Below are positions 1-12,738 of a DNA stretch of 64,000 nucleotides, in pieces. The stretch is from positions 11,532,001 to 11,596,000 of the forward strand of contig OX597822.1 in the NCBI GenBank assembly GCA_951406725.2, read 5' to 3'. The notes under the pieces were generated by a model that was not told the origin of the DNA, did not search any database, and saw nothing but the letters and a program-made list of their open reading frames with translations. This DNA is from Octopus vulgaris (taxonomy: Eukaryota). The first letter of the stretch is position 1. Each line of letters opens with the position of its first letter. The position numbers and the translations under genes were made by a program.

Positions 1-9
1 CATATAATA

Positions 10-15
10 CCTATC

Positions 16-77
<62 letters not shown>
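10..77. repeat. (CTAT)n microsatellite
   Basis: Direct tetranucleotide tandem repeat. Confidence 0.95.
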
Positions 78-829
78 GTGTGTGTGTGTGTGAACCAGTC
101 GTGTTTCGCGTAGGGTCAAATCAGATTGCTTTAAATTTAATAATAACAATACTACTGCTACTACTACTACTACTAATAATAATAATACTAATAACAATGT
201 TAATAATCTACTAAATGTGTTGATTTTCTTCTTTCGCTTGTTCACCCTATCATATATATATGTATGTGTGTGTGTGGGGGTGGGCGCATGAATTTGCATG
301 AATACATATATGCGTAGATTCGTGCGTACGACTGGCTTTCAAAAATTTCCGTCAATACATTTTCCTCGTAAAATTTAGTCAAACCAATTTGGTAACAACA
401 ACAAAAAAAATCTTGCTTAAGTTAGTGGATACCGAGTTTAAACTGGACACAGTTTATTTCCCCAGAGAACGTTTTAATTCCCTTCCTTACATGGTTTTAT
501 CATATTTTATCTTTTGCTTTCGGCATTTGCCACTTAATGTTCACTGCTTTTGCTGAACATGTGTAGCAGATATTACAGAGTACTGGAGATAAAAATGCGG
601 GCAAAATGCATAACTGCAAATCATGAGGTGCAATTTAGGCGTTGTGGGAAATATATCTGTCGTCTTTAATAATATTAGGCCATTAACAGCGAGCTTAACA
701 ATTGTGGACAGTTATATTTTCTCCTCTATGCGAGAAGCTGGATGAATTGTCGATATAATACAATGGCATGCAAGCGTGTGTACATAAAATATTCTTAGAG
801 ATTGTACATAAATACGTGCATATACACAC

Positions 830-974
830 ATAAACACACACATATACACACATATATATATACATGTACATGTGTGTGAGTGTATCCATATCCATATCCA
901 TATATATATATAAGTATATATGCATATATATATATAAGTATGTATATACATATATATATATACATATACATATA

Positions 975-1052
<78 letters not shown>
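830..1052. repeat. (TA)n-rich compound microsatellite
   Basis: Long TA run with CA/TG variants; source of the spurious IYIY ORFs. Confidence 0.95.
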
Positions 1053-1053
<1 letters not shown>

Positions 1054-1056
<3 letters not shown>

Positions 1057-1505
1057 TTATTACATTAAGGGCTGTTGCCATAACTAAAGCCACACTCTGG
1101 AAAGGGACTCTAAAGTCAAACTACTTTATCAAAATATACACACGCGCTGAAGTCGAGGAAATGAACAAAGATACATTCTTTTTAAAAGGTTCAGTCGCAA
1201 ATCGAAGCGATTTCATGGTCAGCGCTATAACACGCTCTCCACTCGTCAGTGCAAACATAACCAGAAACCATACGAAAAACAGCGAGTCCACAGAGCACAT
1301 ACAAAAGTTCACACTTATACATCCATGAAAAGATTTGCATCCTGTTTGTCTCAGCCACGTATGTATAACCAAAATAATTCAGCACTGAATATATTCTGTT
1401 TAATAAGTATTTATCACTTCTATATAAGAATAAAATCTGTATAAGATTTTTTCAAGTAATCAGCGTGTAGAACCAATTAAAGTAAAAAAATTAATACTAA
1501 GTATA
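1054..1505 (-). mobile_element. Hammerhead-bearing non-coding repeat unit (Penelope pLTR / retrozyme-like), abutting (TA)n
   Basis: 1056-1220 recurs, diverged, at 3138-3302; contains a type I hammerhead at 1195-1254. Confidence 0.6.
1195..1254 (-). ncRNA. Type I hammerhead ribozyme
   Basis: Minus strand: TTGCA-CTGACGA-GTGG ag AGCG tgttatag CGCT ga CCAT-GAAA-TCG ctt CGA-T-T|TGCGA. All three stems pair; predicted AUU cleavage between 1200 and 1199. Confidence 0.75.
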
Positions 1506-3115
1506 CACTTTGTTTCCTTTTATTATGCTGGTCAGTCATTCCTCAATAAAATCAAAACCCTTGTCCGATTTTCTTGAAACTTTTACGGGATATGTAGGAT
1601 TATGTATCGCATGTCGCGTGTACTTTTTGTCTAAATCGGTGTATATTTATCGCAGAAATGAAGAAAAATACGTTTCTAGGGTGTTTCTTTTTCATTATGC
1701 AGGTTAACAAGATATTACTTTCCCCCATGTGATATGTGATTTTGAAATGTTTCAGATACAGGAAATATAGAAATGGATCGAAATAAAGATATAACATCGT
1801 AGAAGAAAGGAATTTTGAAAGTACTGGGAGAAGGGGATACAACAATTGTAATTTTTAAAAAGCTAAATAGAAATTACAGAAAAAAAAAACAGGTACAAAA
1901 CATTGAAGGTGTCAGAATAAGGGAGAAAACGGGTTTCAAGAACATCACAAATAGAGATAAGACAAAACTCAAAGGAATTGTGTGCAAGAAAAGTGGGTTA
2001 ACTAGCAAGGAAATCTTTGAAGGAGCAGGAATCTTTAACATACAAAGGAAAAAAAAAAACGTTGCACGATACTAAAAGAAATTCGCGAAGTCTAATTTCG
2101 CACAATTGCCTCCTTTAATTAAAGTACACAAAGAAGAATGAGTGACGTGCTCCAAAGAGATGTTTGAAGACAGATTTTACAAAACTAATTATTACTGACG
2201 AGTGCAGAGCAACATTAGACGGACCTGATGGTTGGGCAAAAGGTCGGGTGTTACGTGGAAAACGTCAACGAACACTATTAAGAAGACAGCAGGGTGTTGG
2301 AGGAATCATGTTTTGCGCTGGTATAGTTGGAGGAGACAGTATAGGTCCATTTAAGATTGCTGCTGATAGAGTCAAAACAAATGCTGGAGATTATTGCAAG
2401 TTCCTGAGATAATAACTTCTTCCATTGGAACAAGTCAACATCGTGAAGCTTCAAGTTAAAGAGCATATTTGTGCATTATAATGCCCCTTCATACTCTGCC
2501 AAATTCGCTATTGACCATTTAGCTAAGAAAGGTTTCAAAGAACATAAGATAATGGAATGCAACCCCACTCATATCTCCAGATCTAAACCCAATAAAGAAT
2601 TTGTAGTCAATTACTAAAAATGATGTATATTCTAATGATAAACAATATCCAAACTAGGAATTACTATGGGAACCAATGAAAACTGCTACCAGTAATATTA
2701 AAAGTGAGATTGTTGAGAAATTGACAAAATCAGTTGATAAGAGAATATCTAAAGTTATAGATGGTAAAGGAGGCGTATATAAAGATGTAAAATATAGACA
2801 TAATTGTTTGTAAATATAATTATATGGTGGAATATATACGTATTTATTAATGATCTGGTTATGTTTCGTTCTATATGTAAATCACATTATATGTAGTTTA
2901 TATGATATAGATTTTAACTTGCATAATAAAAAAACCCACCCTATAAGCGTGTTTTTATTAATTTCCGTTTTAAATGTACACCGATTTAGACGAAAACTAC
3001 ATGGGACATGTGGTTCACAATCCTACATATGCTGTAAAAACTTCAAGAAAATCGCACGAGGGTGTTTGATTTTATTGAGGAGTGATTGACCTGAATAATA
3101 AAGGGAAACATAGGG
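1506..3115 (+). mobile_element. Decayed Tc1-family DNA transposon (DD37E/TRT-like) with ~200-bp TIRs
   Basis: TIRs ~1506-1707 and ~2914-3115 are diverged reverse complements, with TA at the left end. Transposase remnants TDECRATLDGPDGW, RRQQGVGGIMFCAGI, HYNAPSYSA and SPDLNPIKNL. Confidence 0.88.
1790..2790 (+). pseudogene. Tc1 transposase pseudogene (frameshifts and stops)
   Basis: ORFs 1815-2075 (N-terminal DNA-binding region) and 2164-2412 (first catalytic Asp); the downstream D/E motifs are mutated. Confidence 0.85.
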
Positions 3116-3135
3116 CATAATTTTTCTTTTTAAAT

Positions 3136-3305
3136 ATATTATTACATTAAGAGCTGTTACTATAAGTAAAGTCACACGCTGGGAAGGGACGCAAACATCC
3201 AACTACTTTATCAAAATATACACACGCGCTGAAATTGAAGAAATGAACAAATAAAAGATTCTTTTAAAAAGGTTCAGGGGCATATAGAAAGGATTTCATG
3301 GTTTT
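3136..3305 (-). repeat. Second copy of the 1054-1220 repeat (3' half of the hammerhead, degenerate)
   Basis: ATTATTACATTAAG...AACTACTTTATCAAAATATACACACGCGCTGAA...GATTTCATGGT shared with 1056-1220. Confidence 0.85.
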
Positions 3306-3314
3306 ACGATTTGA

Positions 3315-3663
3315 AGGCAGTGAGCTGGCAGAATCGTTAGCACGCCGGGTGAAATGCTTAGCGGTATTTCGTCTGCCGGTACGTTCTGAGTTCAAATTCC
3401 GCCGAGGTCGACTTTGCCTTTCATCCATTCGGGGTCGATAAATTAAGTACCAGTTACGCACTGGGGTCGATGTAATCGACTTAATCCGTTTCTCTGTCCT
3501 TGTTTGTCCCCTCTGTGTTTAACCCTATTGTGGGTAGTAATGAAGTAGTATTTCTTCTGCCGCTACGTTCTGAGTTCAAGTTCCGCCGAGGTCGATTTGC
3601 CTTTCATCCTTTCGGGGTCGATAAATTAAGTACCAGTTACGCACTGGAGTCTATGTAATCGAC
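3315..3663 (+). mobile_element. tRNA-derived SINE family A, full copy plus tandem partial copy
   Basis: Head GGCAGTGAGCTGGCAGAATCGTTAGC...GAGTTCAAATTCC (A/B-box-like) and core GCCTTTCATCC(A/T)TTCGGGGTCGATAAA; many copies in the window. Confidence 0.88.
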
Positions 3664-4260
3664 CGCTGCGTCTTCTGGGTGCTTATATATTTGAGAATCA
3701 CCAAGCTTTTGGTAAATCTTTATGTATAATCTCTACTCGATGAGTTAAATATAAACGAAAATCCGATAAAACACCATTGGACGGCCGTTAATCGACACAC
3801 AAACACACACACACACACAAACACACACACACGCACACACACACAAACACACACCTATATAAACACATATACACGTGCCAACTCAACTTGATTTCTCCTT
3901 ATTAGTCGAAAGACACCTGTTGTTATGTTCTTGTTTGCATTTGTAATTGTGAAAAAAGTTCTCCCTTTTTTTGTCTTTGTTGCCGTATACATTCGCTTGC
4001 TTTCTCCCCCAAAATTTAATACACTTAGCTTAGATTTTTGGGCACAACCAGATTTGAAGTGTCTCAACTGTAAATGCCCGAAACTATAACGATAATTTGG
4101 TAAATTGACTGATGAGAGGAGCGAATGACCCACCCTTGTTTTTCCTGTCCATCTTCGCATTGTCTATCTGTCCGGATGTTATATTTTCGTTTGTGGCGTT
4201 CTTGTTCCATTGTTTTATCTCTCTCTCTCTCTCTCTCTCTATAATTATATATAAATATAA

Positions 4261-4897
4261 CAGTATTTAAAACAGTTGAATACAATTTCAGTAAGAAGGC
4301 GTCATTACCTCAAGTTATGCAGCAAACATTAATTCTCACCAGTCACATCTCTTCACTGCATTTATTCGAAATTTAACTCATCACATAAATAAAATATATT
4401 TAATGAATTTATTTTTCAATGTTTTTTCTCAATGTTTTTAACTTATTACCTTTTCTAACGTTGTGCTTTTTTTTTTCATCGTTTGGTTTTACTGTGTTAT
4501 TCTCTTTGTCCTGTCTTTTACTCTTTTTACTTTGATTGTTTTTACAGTCTTGTTTTGTTCTTACTGTCCTGTTCTTTTTACCACTTTTACCCCTCCGCAA
4601 AAAAATCCCAAATTTTATTTAATTTGCTCTGCAGGAAGGATTGTTTCAACGAAGTCGCATCTTGTCCTTACCTTCGAAACGCAGCTTAGACGAAGCAGGG
4701 ACAACGGAAGAAGGGGGATATTCCTTGTGTTGTATGTCTTGTTTCTCAGTTTTTCCGTTGTTTCATCGTTTACATGTTTTTGTTTTTATGTTTTCGTTTT
4801 TCATTGTGTTCCACATTTTTTTATGTCCTGTACCCATATATATGCATGTATATATACATATACATGTAGGTATGTACATATATGTATGTATATATGC

Positions 4898-4951
<54 letters not shown>

Positions 4952-5047
4952 ATATATAGAGTTGAAATTTACAGAAAAAGAAAAGATGAAGACAGGTGTA
5001 TAAACAACAAGCAGGTATATCTGTTTAACGCTAGGGAAGGTGAGAGA

Positions 5048-5108
<61 letters not shown>

Positions 5109-5390
5109 GATAGATAGATAAATAGATACACATATATGCGTACGTCCGTCTCTTTGCTTCTATTTTGTAAAACAGTACTTCAACACACATCGTCAGAAAA
5201 GTTAATAAGTGAAAATGATTGAGAAAAAACATTGAAAAATAAATTCATTAAATATATTTTATTTATGGGATGAGTTAAATTTCGAATAAATGCAGTGAAG
5301 AGATGTGACTGGTGAGAATTAATGTTTGCTGCATAACTTGAGGTAATGACGCCTTCTTACTGAAATTGTATTCAACTGTTTTAAATACTG
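4261..5390. mobile_element. Tc1/mariner-type non-autonomous element (MITE-like) with ~170-200-bp TIRs and internal insertions
   Basis: 4261-4432 is the near-perfect reverse complement of 5219-5390; ends are CAGT...ACTG|TA. Confidence 0.65.
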
Positions 5391-5469
5391 TATCATCTTT
5401 TGTTAATGCAAACACATCAAGACTCATATATTTACACGTAGAAATCTCGATACACACACATATATATAC

Positions 5470-5530
<61 letters not shown>

Positions 5531-5559
5531 CATATATATATTTATACATATATATATAA

Positions 5560-5599
<40 letters not shown>

Positions 5600-5621
5600 A
5601 TACATACATACGTACATACAT

Positions 5622-5659
<38 letters not shown>

Positions 5660-6047
5660 TCGGATTTTGTTTGTGTATATATCGATATACATATGTATAC
5701 GATTGTGTATGTGTGTATGTGTGCGTGAGTATTTGCATGCATACATACATATATACATACATACACATATATATCTGTACATATATATATATATATACAT
5801 ATATATTTGTAAGTGTAGATGCACAGACATATAGAATGACATGATTATTTTATGTAACTACTCAGAAAATATACTAGTTTCCTTTCGTCTTTAGCGTATA
5901 CATAAGTATTTGTGTGCATATATGTAAGTGTATATATAAATATATATCTCAATGCATATATATGTAAATATATGCATATGTATACAAATACCTAAGTATA
6001 TATATATATATATACATATATATCTATCTATCTATATATATATATAT

Positions 6048-6118
<71 letters not shown>

Positions 6119-7168
6119 GTGTGCGAGTGTATCATGTATACAAGGAAATATAAGCATAAGTGTATAATTGTCAATGTGAATTGACGGCGTGTGTATGTGT
6201 AATGATGGAGAATGTCTGTATGACATCGTTTAAAATATTCAGCTTGAAATAATGAAATGCATTGATAAATTTATTCGTAGCTTACTTATTATTCAAGTCG
6301 AAATATGATATTTTTACTAAAAACATGTAAATTTAACAGCAAGTCTTTTAGCAGCAGTTGGAACAATAACAACAACACGAATGCGGAAACAAAAAGCAGC
6401 AATGATAATACGTGGGCGACCGTCACTTAGCAAAACAACAACAACAAGACAACAACAAAAACAACAACAACGAAACAACAGCAAACCGATACGAATCTTT
6501 GGGAATATGAAACAAAATCTCTCATCGACTGCATTAAATATTATAAATGATTAAAATCGTTAAAAATCCGTTTCCAACACCGAAAATGAATTATTTAGAA
6601 TTCTAGGAATTGTAAAAGTACCATGCTTCTAAGACAACGAGTAAGAAACTAGGTGGTCTCTTCATTTGCTAGAAAAAACAGAAAGATAGCTAAATCTCCC
6701 TCCCATGTCAGTCGTGTTTTAAAAATATTTTCTCAGTCTTTCTGTAGCCTTGATTCGGAGACAACTTCAAGTCATTTTACTGGAAAGTGCTACGTGTTTG
6801 CAGTAGAATTTTCGAGAGAGAATCTTAAAACGGTTTACGGTTGATTTTCCTGCGTATATTTTACACCAGAGAGCATATTGTCAGCAGTTGCGTACTGTCT
6901 GTGCTCCCTGATGCAGCTTCTAAGGTTGGCGCTTTCGCCCCGCCCTCGTTCACTATATAAAATTATACAGCACATCCAAAAGCGCCGCTCTCATCTCCAC
7001 ATGTAGCTATGCTGCTACTTTATGTTGCCCTGCGAACATTTCGTCACCTGGCATGTGGCACATGGCACACCTGTACAAGTAATGTCGATTTGATGGAGTG
7101 AGTGAGATTATGTGAACACAAGTATTTCATCACTATGAACAAATCATCTTGTTCGACAATAAATTCAA

Positions 7169-9250
7169 TTCTTTATTGGCCCCAAGGGCTTTAGACAGAA
7201 GGACAGTACAGAGTGGGGTCATATATATAAGCGATAACAAAATGAAATAACAAAGTGATGGCCTGTAACAAGTGTGAAGTTTGCATATTTTAAATATAAA
7301 TGAGAGTAAGAAGGTGGTACTCCGAAAGGAGGAGCATGTTGGGTTGGACGTGGAGACCCCACAAACCAAGAGCCAAACTGGTCGCTGGGGTAAGACTTAA
7401 GAATTCACGCTCAAGTCTCATATGAATGTTACGTCCAAATCCAGTGATCTGAGATCGTTGAGCTAGTATCCTTGTTTCTAAGGCGATCCCAGGCCACGTA
7501 TATTTATACTACCCAGTTTGAGAGAGAACATGAGACAAAACTAAGAAAAAGGAGGGGGTTACTTTCGCTGTGTGCTGAGGGGGAGTGAGGAATTTTCCTT
7601 ATTCCCTTGGGTGGCTTGTGGGATATCCTCAATTAAATTTTGTTGTGTTTTGTGAATGTCCTTTGCAGACTCCCTATGTCATTGGGGTATTTCTCTTTTC
7701 GTTGAATGTAAATGTCACCGTTTATGTTTATAATTTGAATGTGCTTGGAGACATGTGATTGCGAAGCAATGGACTTGTACGGTGTGATATTGGGGTTGTC
7801 TTGTGTGTATTCCATGAGGGATGTGTTTGGCTTGGTGTTGGCTGTGAGGTTTCTGACTCTGTGTTTGGTGTAAGTAATGTGGGTGTGAGTGAAAATGGTT
7901 GTGTGTCTGTTGTGGTGGAGTCTTTTCTTATTTTTTTTTCTTTTGGGTATTGCTTTCCATTCGTCGCTGTTATCAATATGGTCCAACTCGGTGGGAGGTA
8001 AATCCTTTGGGTTTTAGGTTTCTTCCATTGGAGTGGGTTTGGTTGGTATACTGGCTGGTTGTGTAGAATGCGAACTTTTCTTTGTGGGTGGTGTAATAGT
8101 TTTTGATACTGGATTCGGAACTGTCACGGTATCCAATGCCGTGGAGGTTGATATATCCTCTGTAGTTTGTATGGAGTTGACTGCTTCGGTGGGTGGGTGG
8201 TGAGGCTTAAAGTGCGTTCCTGGATGAATTTTGGGAGATTTGTTGGGGTGTCTTCTTTACTGGGTGGTGGCTTATGTGTCTCCTAGTGGGCATGAGACTA
8301 TGAGGTGGTCTTTTTGCTCACATCGGTAGCAACTGAGTCTACGCCTTCCACCATCCCATGCAGTATTGTGCCATCTGATATGTTTATCAGATCTGGTATT
8401 TGTTCTAGAACCTGCTGGTTAGCTTGGTTTAACAACTCTATACCCTGCCCCCATTAGTTCTGTTGGTGCTGTTTGGTAATTTGTAGTATGTTTATTTTGT
8501 CCTCAATGTCGAACAGGACAGCTTCCATCACGCATAAGCTGTCAATATGTGGGGGCACCGCCTCAATTTTAACCTTTGACTCTCTTCGACCTAGGTAGGT
8601 ACGCAGGAGCACCAGCTCGTTTTTGGAGCACTGTGGATTGTTCTTTTCTTCGTCTTCCGAAGCGAACCTCACTTCCACTGTGCCATATTTCCCCCTCTGT
8701 CCACATATTCGATCCTTGACCTTATTGGTTGCAAACACTTCCCAATAGTTCCGTTTGTAGCTTGGTCAAAATTGTTTTGGTTGAGTGATAGCGTTTTGTA
8801 TATTATCGTTTGTTGTTTTGTGCGCTGTTGTATGTCGTGAAGGGGTGGGGTAGTGAGTTAGCATTCGTGAAATTTCTCCGTAATAAATTCTTCACTTTGT
8901 CTATGTCTTCAATGTTAAAGTTGAGGGATTCATGTTGCACACGCGCTGCTGATGGGAAACCGCGACTGTTTAGTCTAAATTTATCTTTCTTGAGGTCCTT
9001 AAATTTGTTGTTCGGGGTTTCCTTGAAAGTAACCGCTGTATTTCTTTTGATGAGTAGATCATTCCCCTCGTCCTGCTCGCAACAGGGGAGACAAGGAAAC
9101 AATTCGTTGTATACTTTACCTTAGTGGGCGTAAGCATCACCGCGGCTGGAATCCATGATTGAGAAATTTTACTGCGTAGCAAAAATACAAATAAACGAAG
9201 GTAAAATTCGCCCCAAAAAGGAGGAATTTTGGATGCGAAACCTCCCACGC
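7169..9250 (-). mobile_element. Decayed L1/Tx1-like non-LTR retrotransposon: ORF1, ORF2 start and 3' tail, with ORF2 internally deleted
   Basis: ORF1 zinc knuckle CYRCEQKDHLIVSC (~8290-8330) and basic EWKAIPKRKK motif; ORF2 start at 7531 MFSLKLGSINIRGL...DLDVTFI (APE N-terminus); 3' end ...GCCAATAAAGAA at 7169. Confidence 0.75.
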
Positions 9251-9505
9251 TAGGCAAGTTTAGTTACGAAAACGCACGTAAGTCTATAATAATTATTATA
9301 AACACATTTTGGTAATAATAATTTACAAGACTTACGAGCGTAAAAAACACGTCCGTTCCACAAGATATTGCCGAACCCACATACGTCGTCTAACGGCGGG
9401 AGAGAGTCCGTATTATATATACATACATGTGTATATACATATATACATATATATATATATATATGCATAAACACACGCACATATCAGTATATATATATAT
9501 ATAAT

Positions 9506-9556
<51 letters not shown>

Positions 9557-9807
9557 GTATATATATATATGCACACACATATGTGCATATATATTCACAT
9601 ATGTGTGTATATGCCCTCCATATACAAACATATACACACCCATACACCTGATATCACTCACACTTGCTCACTCCATATCACACAAACACAGCATGCACTC
9701 CTACTCACTCACAGTGTACCATATACGTATGAGTAACTGTCAGCGGTTTTCATTAAAGTGTGGGAATGTAAATTTGAACTGGGTTGTATATTTTAAATCT
9801 TATCTTA

Positions 9808-10003
9808 TGATTGTTTCCGTCATTAGACTGCGGCCATGCTGGGACACCGCCTTGAGGATTTTTTACTGGAACGAACTAACCCCAGGACTTATTCTTTTAA
9901 ACCCGGTCCTTAATCTATGAGACTGTTTTGCCGAAAAGCTAATTTACGGACACGTTAACATACCAACTGCAGTGGTCAAGCGATTATGTGGGACAAAAAA
10001 CAG
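9808..10003 (-). mobile_element. SINE family B, old 3' fragment
   Basis: GACTGCGGCCATGCTGGGACACCGCC tail, diverged from the 12324-12738 copy. Confidence 0.75.
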
Positions 10004-10530
10004 CTACAAAGTGTCAGAAACAAACAGGCACGCTCACGCGCGCACACCCATGTTTTAATGAATGACTTGAACTCTTTTAAGAACTTAAAAATAAAACACA
10101 CACACACACATACACACACAAACACACGCACTCACACACAAACACACACACACACACACATATTGCGTACACAGCCCTTCAAACAGTTAAATTCCTTCTT
10201 TCAGAGAAATTCGATGTGAAGCCAAAGTCTCTGATAATGGAAGAAAATACTTCGTTTAAAAATAAATGCGGTACATTTCTTCCAAAATTCCACAAAATGG
10301 TGAATGCTGTCTACATAACATATATATAAACATATACAAATACAGAAATGTATATATCCTTATATATGCATACATATATATATATATATATGTGTGTGTA
10401 TAAACATACGTATACGTATATATAAGTGGATGAGTGTATACACATACATGCATATATATATATATATACATAAATATATACATATATATATATATGTATG
10501 TATATATAAGTGAATGAGTGTATACACACA

Positions 10531-10600
<70 letters not shown>

Positions 10601-11069
10601 CATGTATGAATATGTCTGGTGAGGTAGATAGAGATTAATATATGAAGCGCTTTTCTCGCACGAAATTAAGGTCAACAAACTTCGAGAAGTTCAGAGGAGT
10701 AATTGAATTCATAATCAGTCGGAAATCGATTTAGATTTCATACTATAAACGAAAGTTATGATTGAAAATATTTATTCAATTTAAATTTTCTTCTTCTATG
10801 TCTTTAAAATAAGTCAAATTAGAAGTTTTCACTTAGAAGACGAAGAAGAAGAAAAAAAAAAAGAAAAAGGAGATGAATGTGAAAAAGAGAAGGAAGAGAA
10901 AAAAGAAAAGGAATAATAATAATAATAATAATAATAATGACGATGATGATGATGAAGAAAACAAGCTAGGAAAGAATGTTAGTAGACAGTACAGATGGCA
11001 TGGAAGATTTGGTTGTCTCGCCTTCAATGAGACATTGTAGTACAATTTCATTCCGTGTGGATATATATA

Positions 11070-11158
11070 CATACACACATGCATACATACATACATACAT
11101 ACATACATACATACATACATACATACATACATACATACATACATACATACATACATAG

Positions 11159-11224
<66 letters not shown>

Positions 11225-11225
11225 T
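11070..11225. repeat. (CATA)n + (TA)n microsatellite
   Basis: Direct tandem repeats. Confidence 0.95.
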
Positions 11226-11327
11226 ATATTATATTGAGGGTACTACTATTCGTAGATACTTTCTCTTACGAGGTTTTTCACGCTGACTACTGATAATTTA
11301 TTTTAAAGATTTTATCCTCAATTGTTA

Positions 11328-11393
<66 letters not shown>

Positions 11394-11554
11394 GGAGGAT
11401 AGAGGGGGAGAATTCACTAAGAAAACAAAAGACGAAGACAGGTGGTGTAGAAAACAAACAGATGTATTACTTTAACGCTGAGGAATTGATCCAATGTACA
11501 TTAGCTTACTGCCTCCATCAAATGGACGCTTCCTGAACAGGTGCACTATTTGTC

Positions 11555-11692
11555 TCGTGTCAGATGATCGCGGGGCAACTCAAATGAAGTGTTTTGTCCA
11601 AGAGCACAGCACATCGTCCAGTCAAGAAATCGGAATCACGATCTCGCGATTGTATGTCTAACAGCCTAACCACCAGATCATATGCCCTCACC
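11555..11692 (-). mobile_element. tRNA-derived SINE head fragment (family C-like)
   Basis: Minus-strand tRNA-like head ...GTGGTTAGG...GATTCCGATTTC followed by CTTGGACAAAACACTT; similar to 52300-52415 and 60380-60480. Confidence 0.55.
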
Positions 11693-12323
11693 AATAACCT
11701 GGATACGCTTATCAAATGCTCCATTCCCCAAACGGATTAAGTATTGGCGAGCATATCTCGTCTCTGTAGCGTGCCATACTCCATCGGCAACTATATTGGT
11801 CAAGAATTGTTCTTCAATTTAAAGGTGCTTCATACGTCAGAAAACAACTAGATAAACATTTAAGCCAGGCTAGCTCCGCTACAATCAGAGCCGTTGACCG
11901 AAATCACAATAAGAGCCAATTTTCATCGAAACAAAAAGCAAAAACAAAAAACAAATCTACTCACCAAAAGCTGACAGAAATTTCAGTAACTACATTGACT
12001 GACATGGCCGCTTCTCCGTAAAGCATAAATTATAACTCGTTTCTTTCTATGGCATATCTACATGATTTCAGCCTCCCAATTGCGGAAAGATACTGGAAAA
12101 ATATCCCACAATATTGAAAATAAGCCCATTTCATATTCCCGTTGCAAACGATAGGTTTTTATATCTAACATATAGACATTAGCATCTAACGAGATACACG
12201 TCTCTCACTAGCTCTTGACTAGGAGCATTCAGCCCGAAATATTATGAATGTTACATTTTAATGCAATAATTCAAATTTTGATCTTGTTTTTAATCTAAAT
12301 AAGTTGCAGTAGATTTCTAACCC

Positions 12324-12738
12324 ACTCTTTTACTCTTTTACTCTTTTACTTGTTTCAGTCATTTGACTGCGGCCATGCTGGAGCACCGCCTTTAGTCGAT
12401 CAAATCGACCCCGGAACTTATTCTTTTGTAAGCCCAGTACTTATTCTATCGGTCTCTTTTGCCGAACCGCTAAGTGGCGGGGACGTAGACACACCAGCAT
12501 CGGTTGTCAAGCAATGCTAGGGGGACAAACACAGACACACAAACACAAACACATATATATATATATACATATATACGACGGGCTTCTTTCAGTTTCCGTC
12601 TACCAAATCCACTCACAAGGCATTGGTCGGCCCGGGGCTATAGCAGAAGACACTTGCCCAAGATGCCACGCAGTGGGACTGAACCCGGAACCATGAGGTT
12701 GGTTAGCAAGCTACTTACCACACAGCCACTCCTGCGCC
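12324..12738 (-). mobile_element. tRNA-derived SINE family B, full-length young copy
   Basis: Head GGCGCAGGAGTGGCTGTGTGGTAAG...GGTTCAGTCCC, internal microsatellite, tail GGCGGTGCTCCAGCATGGCCGCAGTCAAATGACTGAAAC plus (GAGTAAAA)n. Confidence 0.92.

Noticed and set aside
3735-3775. TCGATGA-GTT...AAC-GAAA-ATCCGAT hammerhead-like string
   Set aside because: Two core mismatches and no stem I pairing; at most a dead remnant.
4085-4140. CTGATGAG motif
   Set aside because: No downstream GAAA or stem I complement.
4640-4700. CAACGAAG...CTTCGAAACGC as a possible ribozyme remnant
   Set aside because: The core is too degenerate and the stems cannot be assigned.
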